DNA from: Balanoglossus misakiensis
Lineage: Eukaryota; Animalia; Hemichordata
Length of the DNA: 64,000 nt
Reading direction: 5' to 3'
Assembly (NCBI GenBank): GCA_040954595.2
Contig: CM082597.2
Location: forward strand, 5,585,244 to 5,649,243
Shown: positions 27,001 to 39,400 of the stretch, one piece after another
Numbering within the stretch: position 1 is the first letter of the stretch
How the letters are laid out: every line of letters starts with the position of its first letter
Notes under the pieces: generated by a model
What the model was told of the DNA's origin: nothing
Database searches by the model: none
Seen by the model: only the letters and a program-made list of their open reading frames with translations
Made by a program: the position numbers and the translations under genes

Positions 27001-27622
27001 ATCTTTCCATGCAATGCCAGAGACATTCAACCCATACGATGTCGCTATGACTGATAAAAAAATGTATTACATGGCTGATAAGGGAAATAAATGTATTATT
27101 GTGAGTGATTCAAAGTGTAAAGTCAAGCAGATCATCGGCATGGGTGAATTGAAATGGCCCAGGGGTGTGTGTGTGTGTAACCATGGCAATGTTTATGTAG
27201 CAGACTTCCATGGAAACTGTGTGATAAAATATGACAAATTTGGTAAAAGAACTGCACGTAAACAACTCGGTCGTCCCTGGTGTGTGCGACTGAACAGTCA
27301 AAATCAACTCATTGTGTCATGTCCAGGTGAAGAATGTATCTATGTTTTGGACAGTGATCTCAACACACTGTCTTCATTTGGACGTGATCACTTACTGGTC
27401 CCATGGGGAATCTGTTGTGATCAGAATGATAACATCTATGTGTGTGATTCGGTGTGGGGGGAGGAGAGGGTGGGGAAGGTTGTGAAGTTCAATTCAGACG
27501 GGATGTATTTATGTGATGTCATTGAAGGCCAAGAAATGCCCAGGGGTGTTGGTGTGTTTCCTGACGGTAGAATAGTTTGCACAGATTGTGGTGAGCACTG
27601 TATCAAAGTATTCTACCCGTAA
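15050..27622 (+). CDS. GT4-like / charged micro-exon / TRADD-N-like / coiled / NHL-repeat protein, paralog 2 (complete model, 1432 aa)
   Basis: Exons: 15050-15147 (MASANPSQ..., phase 2 matches the acceptor at 16894), 16895-18138, 18716-18805, 19197-19322, 19510-19626, 20041-20160, 20472-20597, 21149-21265, 21483-21569, 21732-21833, 22001-22123, 22226-22333, 22421-22531, 22817-22915, 23180-23557, 23856-24317, 26832-27622. Sum 4299 nt in one open frame. Confidence 0.8.
16895..18138 (+). other. Exon encoding a degenerate GT-B fold (GT4/Glycos_transf_1-like) domain; counterpart at 1-1112
   Basis: N-terminal 'ALILSENFGWPITGGIPAAISVLVRQLRALGIQVCC' fits the GT4 first strand / GG / helix / GxxV pattern. 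C-terminal 'AQLVVVPP...LTAMALGIPTL' fits 'adlfvlPS..E.fg...lEAma.G.Pvi'. Confidence 0.7.
23180..23557 (+). other. Exon encoding a TRADD-N-like domain; counterpart at 5661-6038
   Basis: Motif 'GSLVFVMTCRSLEAADALWDAYTSGWLD...IDEVLL...LTLEG.I..DEY..C' resembles the invertebrate TRADD-like N-terminal domain. Recognised from memory, not searched. Confidence 0.65.
24565..25160. mobile_element. Foldback/palindromic element inserted in a paralog-2 intron (absent from paralog 1); related copy at 44155-44462
   Basis: 'agcaataaaacacccccagccatggtata...gaccagttca...tgaactggtca...gtgttttattgct' inverted arms shared with 44158-44300. Confidence 0.75.
25620..26675. repeat. Paralogous intronic ~140 bp tandem repeat (more diverged units)
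   Basis: Palindromes at 25822, 25948, 26089, 26230, 26375, 26512 and 26657, plus a degenerate one near 25682. Confidence 0.9.
26832..27622 (+). other. Terminal exon encoding a six-bladed NHL beta-propeller; counterpart at 8468-9255
   Basis: Six repeats of 'P.G(I/V)(A/C)V...G.IYV.D..N..I..F', as in TRIM2/3/71-type NHL domains. Confidence 0.9.
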
Positions 27623-27644
27623 CAAAAATGACAACAACACCCCA

Positions 27645-28415
27645 AATTTTCTTGGAAATATTGGATATTTTCCCGGCAAGTGTGGGCTTGAATTCATTAT
27701 TATGACGTAAAAGATATTCCTGTCCGATGAAGAAACACATTGGCGAAAAAAATTGTTTTGTAAAATCTTCAATTTTTAATATTCATTTTCAGACTGCATT
27801 GTTTTACAGAACTAAATCAGTAATGCCTTCACACCTGAACACAAACATGTCAACAGTATTCTAAATTATCTTAGAAATATTGGATATTTTCTCGGCAAGT
27901 GTGGGCTAGTTTTCATTATTATGATGTAAAAGATAATCTTATGAGATGAAAAACACAATTGGAGAACATTTTTATGTTTTGTAAAATCTTCAATTTTTAA
28001 TATTTACCCTGAAATATTTTAGACATTGAATCAACAATGCTTTTTATACACAGACATGTCAAAAGTATTGGAAGTTTTCTTCCAAGTTTTGATAATTTTC
28101 CCTGCATGTGTGGGCTAGATTTTATTATTATGATGTAAAAGATGATCCTGTGAGATGAAAATCACATTGTTGAAAATTTTTATGGTTTGTAAAATCTTCA
28201 ATTTTTACTTTTTACAATGTAATAGTTTACAAATTGAATCAACAATGCTTTTCATAGACAAAATTGTCAACAGTATTGTAAATTTTCTTCCAAGTTTTAA
28301 AATTTTTCCCTGCAAGTGTGGGCTAGAATTCATTATTATGATGTGGAAGATACTTTTGTGAGATGAAAAAGACAATTAGCGAAAATTTTTATGTTTTGTA
28401 AAATCTCCACTTTTC
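27645..28415. repeat. Paralogous ~215 bp tandem repeat (4 units)
   Basis: Same anchor at ~27672, 27891, 28100 and 28308. Confidence 0.9.
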
Positions 28416-30892
28416 ATAAAAATGATTAAAATCTGCATTGCAGGATTGTTGAACAGTTGTCAACATTAAGGATTGCATTGCACAAAAAAGATCACAGAAT
28501 TGTTGTCATTTCTTTTGAACATTCTAATAAATAACCGAACCTGTACATCCGTGGTATCACACTACAATTTTATTTGGTAAAGAATTCCTTCTGACATCGG
28601 TAAATGTTCCAAATGTTGGTGATTTTACCAGAAAACACGACGAGATGGATATGTGAACAGCGCTGCTACATTCCGAAATGATTTATTTCCCGTGTTTGCG
28701 GTTTTTTTTTTGTATTTCGCCGAGGCTGGTGCTATACCTCACATATCAGCTGACCGTTGTGGAAATGGCTTGTACATATGTACAATTTTTCCTGTTTATT
28801 GTTCCAATGATGTCTTCGAGCTGTCCTCATTTGAAGGTTTACGCCCGTATATTTTTAGTACGAGAACACAGCAATATTCATGTAGGCTACGTCTTTCGAA
28901 AATCGGGGGAGGGGGGGGGGGGGAGATGGATTCATACGCTCGATCCATAGTGTCTTGTCACCGTTGTATAACATAATGTTGTTTTATAATACCAGTACAC
29001 GACTATTGTATTCACTAATCAAAATCATGAAAAAGGGACATTTTGGGGGATATTTATATAAAATGTGTCAGCCAGCAGTTATACTAATGCACAGCCTGTA
29101 TATGTAAAAGTCTTGATACACAATCCATATACTCAGTAAATTTATGCATGAAGAAAAAACGCTAGTAGGTGGAAAAATACACATAAAAAACAATAATGAA
29201 CTCATCCCACCTGTAATTTACCATTTTTCAGTGGTTATGTAAATATTGCATTGTCATGGAAATAGTCGATTTCAAGATCGTCACATTTAATCTCTCGAAT
29301 ATCAGACACCTCATTTTCATTTCACTTAAATATGATCAATTCAATTTCATTTGATTGATACCTAAGTATAGTTATGCGATATTTCCCACTGTGTTCAAGC
29401 ATAGACAATAGACTACTGTCTATGGTTCAAGTTTGCTAAGTTTGGATTACCCTTGGCTGAGTTTCAGCCACAATGGACGTGCGTTATGGGTGCACCATGT
29501 TCATTGCATGCAGACATAGGACATGTCCCTGATCTAGAATGCCAATGACATATTGTTCTTTTCAACGTTTGTCGGCGCAAACAAGCGTTTACGGCGCCAT
29601 GGCCAGTCGCATACGGCTGGTTCAAAACTCATCTGTCATTTAACGGTGCACTGTTTTAAAGCCCCCGGCCCTGACGGTTTTCCCCGTATTGTAAGCAACC
29701 ACCTCCTTTTCCTCGAAAATCGCACAATTGCCAGGACACAACACAAGCTTAAAGGTTCAGTAACTCCGTCTCTGGGCTATTTTATCAGTAGTTTTGTTTT
29801 GGGCTGTCGTTTTTTGTCCTGCTAGGTAAAACATAAGGTGTTGCTCAGTATTTAGGTTTCCAACCTAGCCCATTCGTAGTAATCCGCATAGTTTTTTACT
29901 CATACTGTAATCAGCTATCAATGGGGATTGTTCAACGGGTCGTTACTCATATACAGGTTTTGATGAGAAGCTAAAGGTTGAACATTTCATGAAGCTACCC
30001 TGAGTAGAACAAGAGGCTGTAGTTAATACACGGGCGAAATCTAATGAAAAAAGTATCAACATTTGGAGTTATCGTGGTATTAAGGATTCGTACGCCGCGG
30101 ATCTGTGCGAAAACAATCGAATTATACTCGATTAAAATAAAATATATCATGTCACCTGGCGCGTTTACGTCAATGTTGACAGCTAAAACGACCCTGTGGT
30201 GAAGAAAGACAATGATGTAGGGATATCGACGCGCCCTGAAGTGTGTATTGTTCGTCAATTGATTTCCCATGTGTACGCTATGATATGTTGAAATATGTCG
30301 CCTTAAAATGTGAATGAATAGACACTGTACGGGGAGCGGCTTTCTCTATAGCGGGTCCCTGGCATTTGTACCCGTTATAAACAACGTATACAAACAGTGC
30401 TAAAACTTGTGAAATAAACAAACATATCTATTGAAGCTATAATTTGTTTGGTGTACATGTGTCCCAATAATCTACTTTTATTCTGACGTCATGCCGTGTC
30501 TCTATGGGCAGTGATAATTGTTTGACTTCTGTCAGCCGAATGGATTGTTTACCTTGGTTGTTTTTGTTTTGTTTGTCTTAGTTGCGCTTTCATGATCCAC
30601 TGCTTAGCAAAGCGTGTTTTTATCAATACTATAATCGCTAGTTCTCCTTCGGGTCACACATGGTCCAATCTCAATCGGCCATGACCAAGGTATAGTGCAA
30701 TGGCAAGCATTGGGTGGCAAGTCTGCGTAGAGAATTCTCAAATCTTGATGTGGACCTTCTTACTGTAACAAGTTTTAAAAGTGTAAAAAGTGTTGTTTTG
30801 AATACTGCACAGTCTGTGTCATAAAGGTGATGTTATTAGTTGACAGGTACACTTTGTGAAATACATGTGTCTTTTCAATACCATGTGTACAG

Positions 30893-30914
30893 ATTGCCAT
30901 GGCAACCATATAAA
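30893..30914 (+). promoter_or_regulatory. X-box-like site (ATTGCCATGGCAAC) next to a TATA-like ATATAAA upstream of the VWDE-like gene
   Basis: One mismatch to the RFX palindrome GTTGCCATGGCAAC, ~225 bp before ATG 31130. Confidence 0.4.
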
Positions 30915-31129
30915 CAGTTTGAATCCCCTTTCAAGTGTTGAAGAACAACATACCTGGGAGACTAAAGGATACCCTTCAATTGAACATACGTCAGACACGT
31001 TCTATGACAACAGACACGTTCTATGACAACTATTTACAGAGACCACAGTGTCGTGATAAGGCACACTTGAACGAGTGACTGCAAAGAAGAGAGAGCGAAT
31101 ATTTTGGTATCCGGAAAGAAGATTTCATA

Positions 31130-33305
31130 ATGAGAACTCTCGGGTATATTCTGTGTTGCTTCGTTTTAGCTTCGATTCTGTCCGGTGTACGTTGTCAGAA
31201 CGAGACGGAGAGGTTTCCCGATAACGAGAAAGAATACGAGAACTACTACCCCGAGCAGCCGACGACGTGCGTCTACGGCGAGTGGACGCCCTGCAGCGCC
31301 TCTTGCGGGCCGCACGGAAGGCGCACGCGCACGTGCAGCTATGGCGGCAACATCACGTACACGGAGATGGACATCTGCAACACCACGTGCCTGAACGGCG
31401 GAACCATCCACGGCGGCTACTGCGAATGTCCCGCGTCCTTCACGGGACTGTGCTGCGAACAACAGGCCGATCCAGGCAAGTTGGACACACAACAGCCATA
31501 ATAGCAAACCTCCGCCTGTAACCTCACAACATATATTTCACTTTAAAGGCAATTTTCTCAATCCCAGGGCAGAACGATGAAGGCAAATAAGAAATCCTTT
31601 GTGTTGGCACGTAACTGTTTATTAGAAACAAAATATTTGACCCAATTTTGAAAAGAACCTTTAAGTATTAAGAAACACAGCTATGACGCTTGTTTCGATT
31701 TTTAGGATAAAGTTTACATCACCAGAAGTATTTTATTCGTGAAGTTCAGACAAATATTAGGAAGTTAGTCGATCTTTACAATCAGCATAATGCAATGCTG
31801 TTTGGTTGGTGGTTGTTTGGATTGTTTGTTGGCAAAATTGTATCTCTTTATCAACAATACACGTCCCCAAGTTGTATTTATCTTGTTCACACACATCAAC
31901 GTATATCATATAAAGGTTTACATTCAATCAGATATTAGACCAACATTTATGCGCGCTGACGGTGAATCTGACCAGAAACATATCTTCATGAAATAATACA
32001 GCTCAGTTGTAGTGGCACATTTTGACAAAAAAAATAGAATATGTGGGTTTACTTGGTTGCTACCACAGGTGTATTCATTAATATGTTCGAATGAGGTTTT
32101 GAATTTTGTTTCCATGCAGCTCTGTCGTTGGAAATGGTGATAGACGACACCGATGTGAACTTTGAGTGTAGTCTGTCGTCTGTGACGTCATCAGCGAGCA
32201 CCACGCTACGCTTTCGCTGGTTTGCCAATGACGAACAAATCTTCGAAGAGACGTTGCCATCGAGTGAGAGTACGTCGACACTGGAGCAGTCGTCGTGGGT
32301 CGGGAAAATGGGAACATCGGTTAGTTTAATCACAATCATTGTTTTTAATGATAAAAGTAAACTCCGCACATGTTTGTCTGTCTGTCGTTAAGACTCTGTT
32401 CAGCACTTGAAGACTGGGTATAGCGACCACCGAGTTATATCTTTGGTCCCATCACAGGCTTGTGGCCTCCCATTGAGGTGTACATGATACACATTCAACA
32501 AAGGCAACCATAGTACATTCACCTGATTACTCTTCGAGTCACTCACGAAAGATTGTTACCCAAAAATAACTCGGTCAAAAGGTTTCATCCCTACCCTGCA
32601 ACCAAATAATGTTAGCATATGCAACAGCAATGTATAAGAGATAGGGGAGGCTTAGAGCAGCAATTCAAAAGAACAACTGCGAATGTATGACAATTGACGA
32701 CAAGTGATAGAAAGTGCACATTGAACAAAGGCGCTTGCACATATCTCCGTCCACAATAAGGGTCATTCTTGTTTCGTTGATTTGAAGGCTTAGCTTAGCC
32801 CCTTGTACTTAACAATGACGATTTTGCATCCCGAGGTTCTTAAATCTACAACATATATACACAGAGACGACCTGCTTTTACTGAGATATTCACTCAAATC
32901 AAAGACACACCTTTCTCCTTAGTAACAAATGGAACTTCTCCACGTCGAGAGACTTGTTGACAATTGGCTATCCTTTGTCCTATTAAATGTATTGTTCCAC
33001 TAGTCTATTTAGGACACGCGTTGAACCGCAAAAAGTGCAGACGAGAACAGTTTTATTGTCTTGCATGAGCCCAGTTTTTCTACCGTAACGATGCGCTCGT
33101 CAAAACAAGAATATAATCTAGTTTGTGACCCACTATACTGAAGTAATTGAGCAATCCCGTTCCTCGATTTAGGTCCCTGTGAGAAGCGCCCTCACGTAAT
33201 ACTCTTACAGTATAAAGGCCCGCCTGTCGTGGTTGCCCAAATTAGGTCAGGTGTGCTTCTCTGCTTCGTGCGTTGCTATCGGTACACTTCCATTGGTAAA
33301 CAAGT

Positions 33306-33345
<40 letters not shown>

Positions 33346-33370
33346 CCACCACCACCACCACCACCATCAC

Positions 33371-33405
<35 letters not shown>

Positions 33406-33428
33406 CCACCACCACCACCACCACCACC

Positions 33429-33493
<65 letters not shown>

Positions 33494-36400
33494 TTTATTA
33501 TTAATTTTTATCTACTAGATTCACTGTGAAGTCGGTATTCTGATTGATGGAAGCATTTCTGAAGAAAAGAAAAGCGCACCATACTTCGCCGGTGTCAAAG
33601 TAAGTACAGGAGAGTGCGTGCTGTTAGATGCCATACACCTGGTCGCTTGTTTACCTCTAGCTAGTTTCCATAGTGGCTAGTCCATTTAAAATCCTGAATC
33701 CTGACTAATTGCTACAAGGAGGAAAATAGCAATTGCCACACTTGACCAGTGTTATGACAGAAAGGGCGAAGTCAGTGGTTTTCCTTTTATAAAAAAGTAT
33801 TTAATGGCTATTCGCTATACTAACAAAATTAAGTTGCAGGCAAAAAAAGGATTCGCAGGTAATAAAACAATGAATGCGAACCAAACTGAGCAACACACAC
33901 AGCACTCCGTATACTCAGCTAGGACTCCAGTCGTGAAGCACACGAGCAGCAAATATGCAGTAAAGTCAAAGACTTCCGACGTACAGGAAAGTCTGGTTTC
34001 GGTCCGAGTGATGTGTACTTACAACTCGAAGTCAAACAAAACAGCAGCAAAGTCTGGTTTAGGTCCAAATGGTGTGCATGCACTCACAACTTCTGAAGTC
34101 CTTGAAGTCAAACAAAACGGCCTGCGAAAGGTCCCAAACAGCAGCATGGAGTCCCCAGCACTGAAGTTATCGGCACAGTGTCCAGCGAAAAAAAATAGCC
34201 ACCTGACCACATGGTAACATGTGTATTTATACATGTCAACCAAATGAATATTCATCAACACCTGGTCACCCTAAACAAAAGAAATCTTACTAGCCAGTAA
34301 ATGTCACACTAAAATGACCTCATCATCACACCAGACTTGGCGATGTGAAATTGCACTCAGGTTATCTGAGAGCAGATTGAGTGAGCATATGTAAACACCC
34401 CGACAGTTATTAAATAAAACCTTTGATGTGTCAAGTAATGCCACCGCCTGAGTATTACAGTCAGATATTTGACAGATATCACAAGGGGAGCTTGCTTTGT
34501 TCACTGTTTCGTTACATCACACAAGCTATTAACTTAGCGTCGTCGAAGGTTTCCAAACACCCAGGCCCTTATTATCGCGCCTTGTGTTTTGTGTTTTTTC
34601 GTCTGCCGATTGTCAAAGTTGTTTGTGAACCTTGAACATGCTTGCTTTCATTCTGTCTGTGAAGGTCGAGTGGGCGAGTTCTTTCAACTCCGTCCGATGT
34701 TGTTTTGCGCAGTTCTACGTCATGATGTAGTCTTGACCTTGCGAATTTTTCTGCCAACCTTTAAGACGTCAGTGCTATTATACACTCTGATGTTGGTTCT
34801 CCGCTATTGTTTTCTACTCAGGTCAGGGGAACCTTTGGCGAGGTCATCGAGCTGTCTGAAAACGGCAACGAGCACGTGATTGAACTGGAATCCACCATAC
34901 CGTTGCTGTGCGAGTCTTGTCAGGTGACACTGCCCATCTTTGTGACCGACCGTTACGGTATCTACAAGGCCTACCCGGATGTGGTCGTGAAGGACGGGTG
35001 CGGCGCTGTGATCACGCCCAGGGACTCCCTCCCCGGCGGTACGATCAGGGTCACCGTCAAAGCCAGGAGAGATTTCTTCAGGGACGGCGATGGAACCGTA
35101 TATCTTGGTTTCCTTCCCGTCCATCATTCATCGGAGCTGTGGAACGGATATCATCTGATTCATTTGATACAGGTATCAGAGTTTTTGTGGCACCTAAAAT
35201 CTTTGAAAGCAAATTCTGATCACCTTTTCTTCATGCAAACCTGATAGTTGTATCAGAGCTAGAATGCACCGAAAAACCCATTTTGAAGTGCTTCTTCTAT
35301 TTTGGTCAAGCATCTTTAGATTATTCTCCTTTAAAACTGAAAACAAGAGTTGGCGTGAAGTCCCTAATCCAATGCCTGCATTGTTTAAACTATCGCCTTA
35401 AATAGGGTTTTACTACCTAGCTTAGTGATAAAAAATCGTATGGTCGAAAGAATGTCAAAATGGCGGACTTCTGCCATACGGAGGGACCGTGACAATTTGA
35501 ATTTCATAGTAGCGAGAATTGAATAAATCTCGGTCGTTTTTTTACCTTTACCAGATTAATACGATAGACAAAGACAACAACTTTCGAAGATGCAGCGGAA
35601 TGGGTGATCCCCACTATCACACATTTGACGGCGAGTGAGTAGAACACTAAATATGTTATGACTTCAGCATACCCAAGGAGTATTGTTTGTTGCCGCATAC
35701 AGTATTGTTGCATTAAACTCACAGGTGCTTAGGTAGCGATACTGAAGCTGCTAGTACAGACAGTTTATCTGGCTGTATTGTTTGTAGTAGCAGCAGCACT
35801 AGTAATTATAGTATGAATGTGTTTGTTAGTTAGTTGCTTTGTTTGTTTGTTTGATTTTTTTGTTAGTATAGTTTTTATGTGTTTTTGTTTACTTGCTTGC
35901 TTTAAAGGTATTATGACGTGTACAAGCCTGGTGAGTACATCTTCTACAAGCACGAAGTCTACCCATTCGAAGTGAGTATTCTATGAAAATGTTACCATTT
36001 ACCCATGACAGATTTCGTCCTTTCTCGTGGTCTGTTTTGAATGAAAGCGGGGGACTGAGGTCGATACTAAGACAAAGGGAGGTGGGAAAGGAAAGTGACA
36101 CACGGGACAGAGTTACCTGTGGCCTCGGAAAGAACCACGTTCAACCCACAGTCTCTCGAGGGTAATAAACGGGTACTATAGCCCTCATGTCCAGGCAATG
36201 TTTTCATGATGTAACTTTACGTATCGTTCGTTGTCAGGTGACTAAATGACAATTTTCCGTGTATGTAATATATTATGAACAATGAAGATTTATAATAATA
36301 ATATATGTAAAACATTCTTTTCATTTTGGTATTTGAAGGTAAAGTGAAAATAAAGTTTCAGGCCTCCTTCCAAAAATATATGAAAACATGAATTGTTAAT

Positions 36401-39400
36401 ACCTGGTCTATATGTTACTTTCAGGTGCAAACACGTTTGAAACCGTGTGGCTCGGTTGCATGTAACTGTGGCGTTGCAGTGAGGGTTGAGGATGACGTCA
36501 TCATATATGACAGGTGCAAGACCACGTCAGAGTTGGTCACGTATTTCTGGGGACACAGGAAATACCAGTATTACAGAGAGACCAGTCGGCTGATCGCGAA
36601 GGTCTTGCGAAAGGGGATTTTGACACCGGGCTTCAGGCTGGTCAGAGAAAACAGTGGGCATACCGTTAAGGTAAAGAATGACATTCACTATACACATGAT
36701 GACTGACAATGAGGGCAACAGTGTATTTTGATGACCGAGGGTGCTGCTAGTCACAACTAAAACAGTCTTGTTTTCCCGAGGGCATAGCCCGAGGGAAAAC
36801 AGACTGTTTTGGTGTGACTGGCAGTCCCGAGGTCATTAAAAATACACTGTTGCCCGAATATGTCAGCCATCATGTGTTTTATAACACACCAAACCGATCG
36901 AACTGATGCCCAAGGCAACAGTTCGAAATGACAAAGGTCACGTGACGTCGTATTGACGAATCACGATCGAGGGTTCGCTGCATGGTGTGTTATAATTCTG
37001 ACTGATCGCTAGTTTGACTAGCTGTTGAAACGCATATGTTCCAACGGGGGATGGGGGTATGCTTCCCCCCGGCGGAACAGCTGCGTTTCCAGAGCTATAG
37101 TTTCCTTGCCTTGCCTTGCCTTGCCTTGCCTTGCCTTGCCTTGCCTTGCTGAGAGAGTGAGGGGGCAGAGAGGCAGAGAGACTGAAACAGAGGTAGTGAG
37201 AGATAATCAGACAGACAGAGACGGAAAGAGACAGATAGAGAGACGGAGACAGAGAGGAGAGAGACAATTACACAGAGAGAATGGGGAGACATAGAATGGC
37301 AGAGTGATAGAGGCACAGGCATAAAGACAGAGAAAGTGAGAGACAGACAGACATAGAGATGGAGAGAGAGAGAGAGATAAAGAGAGACTGAGACAGATAG
37401 AGAGGAGAGAGACAAAGCGTAAGAGACACACACACACAGACTGAGAGAGACAGAGAGACCCAAAGACAGACAGAGGCAGAGAAAGAGAGATGCTTACTGA
37501 GACCAGGTTTGATATAGTTTTGTTACATGTGACAAATTAACACATGTAATTATTTATGAACTTGAAAATATGTTTTATACAATTATCTGAGCTGTACTCT
37601 CCATGTAAGTGCCTGACTCACACAGCTGTTACTATTCTTTGACTCCAGATACACTTTCCAAATGGCGCCTATGTTGAAATACAGGGGAGCACCTATCTTG
37701 GCGTTTATTTCTCGCCCGGAAGTGACGACTACGGTTTTGAGAATGCTGGGCTTTGCGGAAGTAGTGACAACAACAGAGGAAATGATCTTCTACATGGGCC
37801 ATTTAAAGCGGCCGCTAAACATTATTCCGCACAGGGATGGGGAACCAAGCACGACTTCAGTGAGACCTGGAGGTAAGTTAGGGAATGGTCAGTTTCTTCG
37901 GCCTGGGGTGGATTCTATGTTGTGGATATCAAAAATTGACTGACCCCCCCCCCTTCTCATTGAACATGAAGAAGTGGGTGGGCCCTCCAGTGACCCCATC
38001 CCTATCACCCAATTCAAATACAGGGTGACCTCCACCATTAATCCACCGCCCCCACAGGCCCAAGAAACTAACCAGTCCCCTACTCAAACTGGTCTGCTTA
38101 TCTTTACTTTCGCTTGTCCCTGGGTCCTCTTGAGTCCTTTTTAAGGTATTATGTGCCTCGAAAATCAAATTTACTCATATATATAATTTGCTCAATTTTC
38201 ATTTCTCATTCATAAATGACCCCTTATATCTTATTCTCAATTGCATGGAGAGAAAAATTAAAGCTGTCCTAACATTGCGGGACCAAACACCTGTCATTTT
38301 GTTTCCTATTTCGCGTTTACACTAGCAATCTGAAATTGCGCTCCTGCATTCTTCTCCACTCAGAACACCAAGCGGCAAGAACCTGTTCTACGGAGAATTC
38401 GACGACGGCGAGACGGATTCACCCACGTACAGGGCCCCCGCAGAATACTGCACGTGCACGCCGTCCCTGGATGAGCTGACCCTTAACACGGACTTCAGCC
38501 AGGTGACGGTGGACGAGCAGTGTAAGGTCGCGCGAGACAGCGCGAGATCTCCAACGCCCAGCGAGGATTGTGACTCTCGCCACTGTGATGTGACAGAGGA
38601 TTACTTGGAAGATGTTGATGAGGACAATGAAAACAGAAGAAGACGAAGTACAGCTGACGAGAGTGATGGCCTTTACTTCACTTACGATGAAAATTTCGTA
38701 CCTTCGGTAACTATCAATTTAATTTATAAATCATAAATTTTAATCAGTAAACCAAAGTTCTTTAATTATAATTTTTTTCCAGTTTTTTGTTGGTGTTACT
38801 GCACCCTCACACGCTGGTACAATTATTTTGTATATAGTATAATCGGCCATTTAAAAAAAAAGTTGAGATTCTCGGCTTCTGAAATGTTATTCAATAGGTG
38901 GAAATTTTTAATACAATATCATATTGCCAGGTAATTTTATGATTAAAAGTTTACACTGAGTACGAAAAAGCCAAGTGTGTACAGAAATTCATAGTTACGA
39001 TCCATTACGATCCAACGTTTGTTACAATCTGACAGTGGACTCAAGCGTTTCCTCTTGGCCTCTGCATTTGTTTTGCGATAGGTGCCATCATGGCCGACGC
39101 CATCAGGGATAGATGAAGCGAATGCAACAGCCTATTGCCAGAGTCTCTTGGTGACTTCACAGGCCGGCGTCGCTTGCAGTTTCGCTGTGTCCGCCGACTT
39201 GAGCTCCTTTATCGAGGCATGCAAAACCGATATCCAGGTAAGATCTTGTGAAACTAATTGTCAATTTTTTTATGTGAGACATGGTGTAAGGGAATCGGAC
39301 ATTCAGAAACACGCATAAAGACACAGAAAAACAAACCAATCGCTGTTCTTTCTTTTGTCTACTAGGTTTTGGATAGTCTGAATTATGGTAACGAGGCGGC

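Larger units (their letters stand above)
1..30183 (+). repeat. Tandem segmental duplication: 1-~12333 homologous to 17015-~30183
   Basis: Position 1 (agtgtgctgtactgccttacgag) recurs at 17015. Exons, introns, satellites and ~3 kb of 3' flank are colinear. Homology ends at 'gtcaatgttgacagc' (~12333 / ~30183). Confidence 0.95.

Noticed and set aside
17015-30183. Duplication as an uncollapsed-haplotype assembly artefact
   Set aside because: Exon gain/loss, a TE insertion difference and extensive protein divergence favour true paralogs, though long reads are needed to exclude it in a highly heterozygous animal.
33229-33529. Poly-His / poly-Ser-Pro / poly-Met ORFs
   Set aside because: Translations of an intronic (CAT/CAC)n microsatellite.
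33804-34217. 137 aa ORF inside a VWDE intron
   Set aside because: No recognisable motif or splice context; the flanking exons join in frame without it.
36938-37463. Ser/Leu-rich and ARQGK-repeat ORFs
   Set aside because: Low-complexity GA and CCTTG tracts within an intron.
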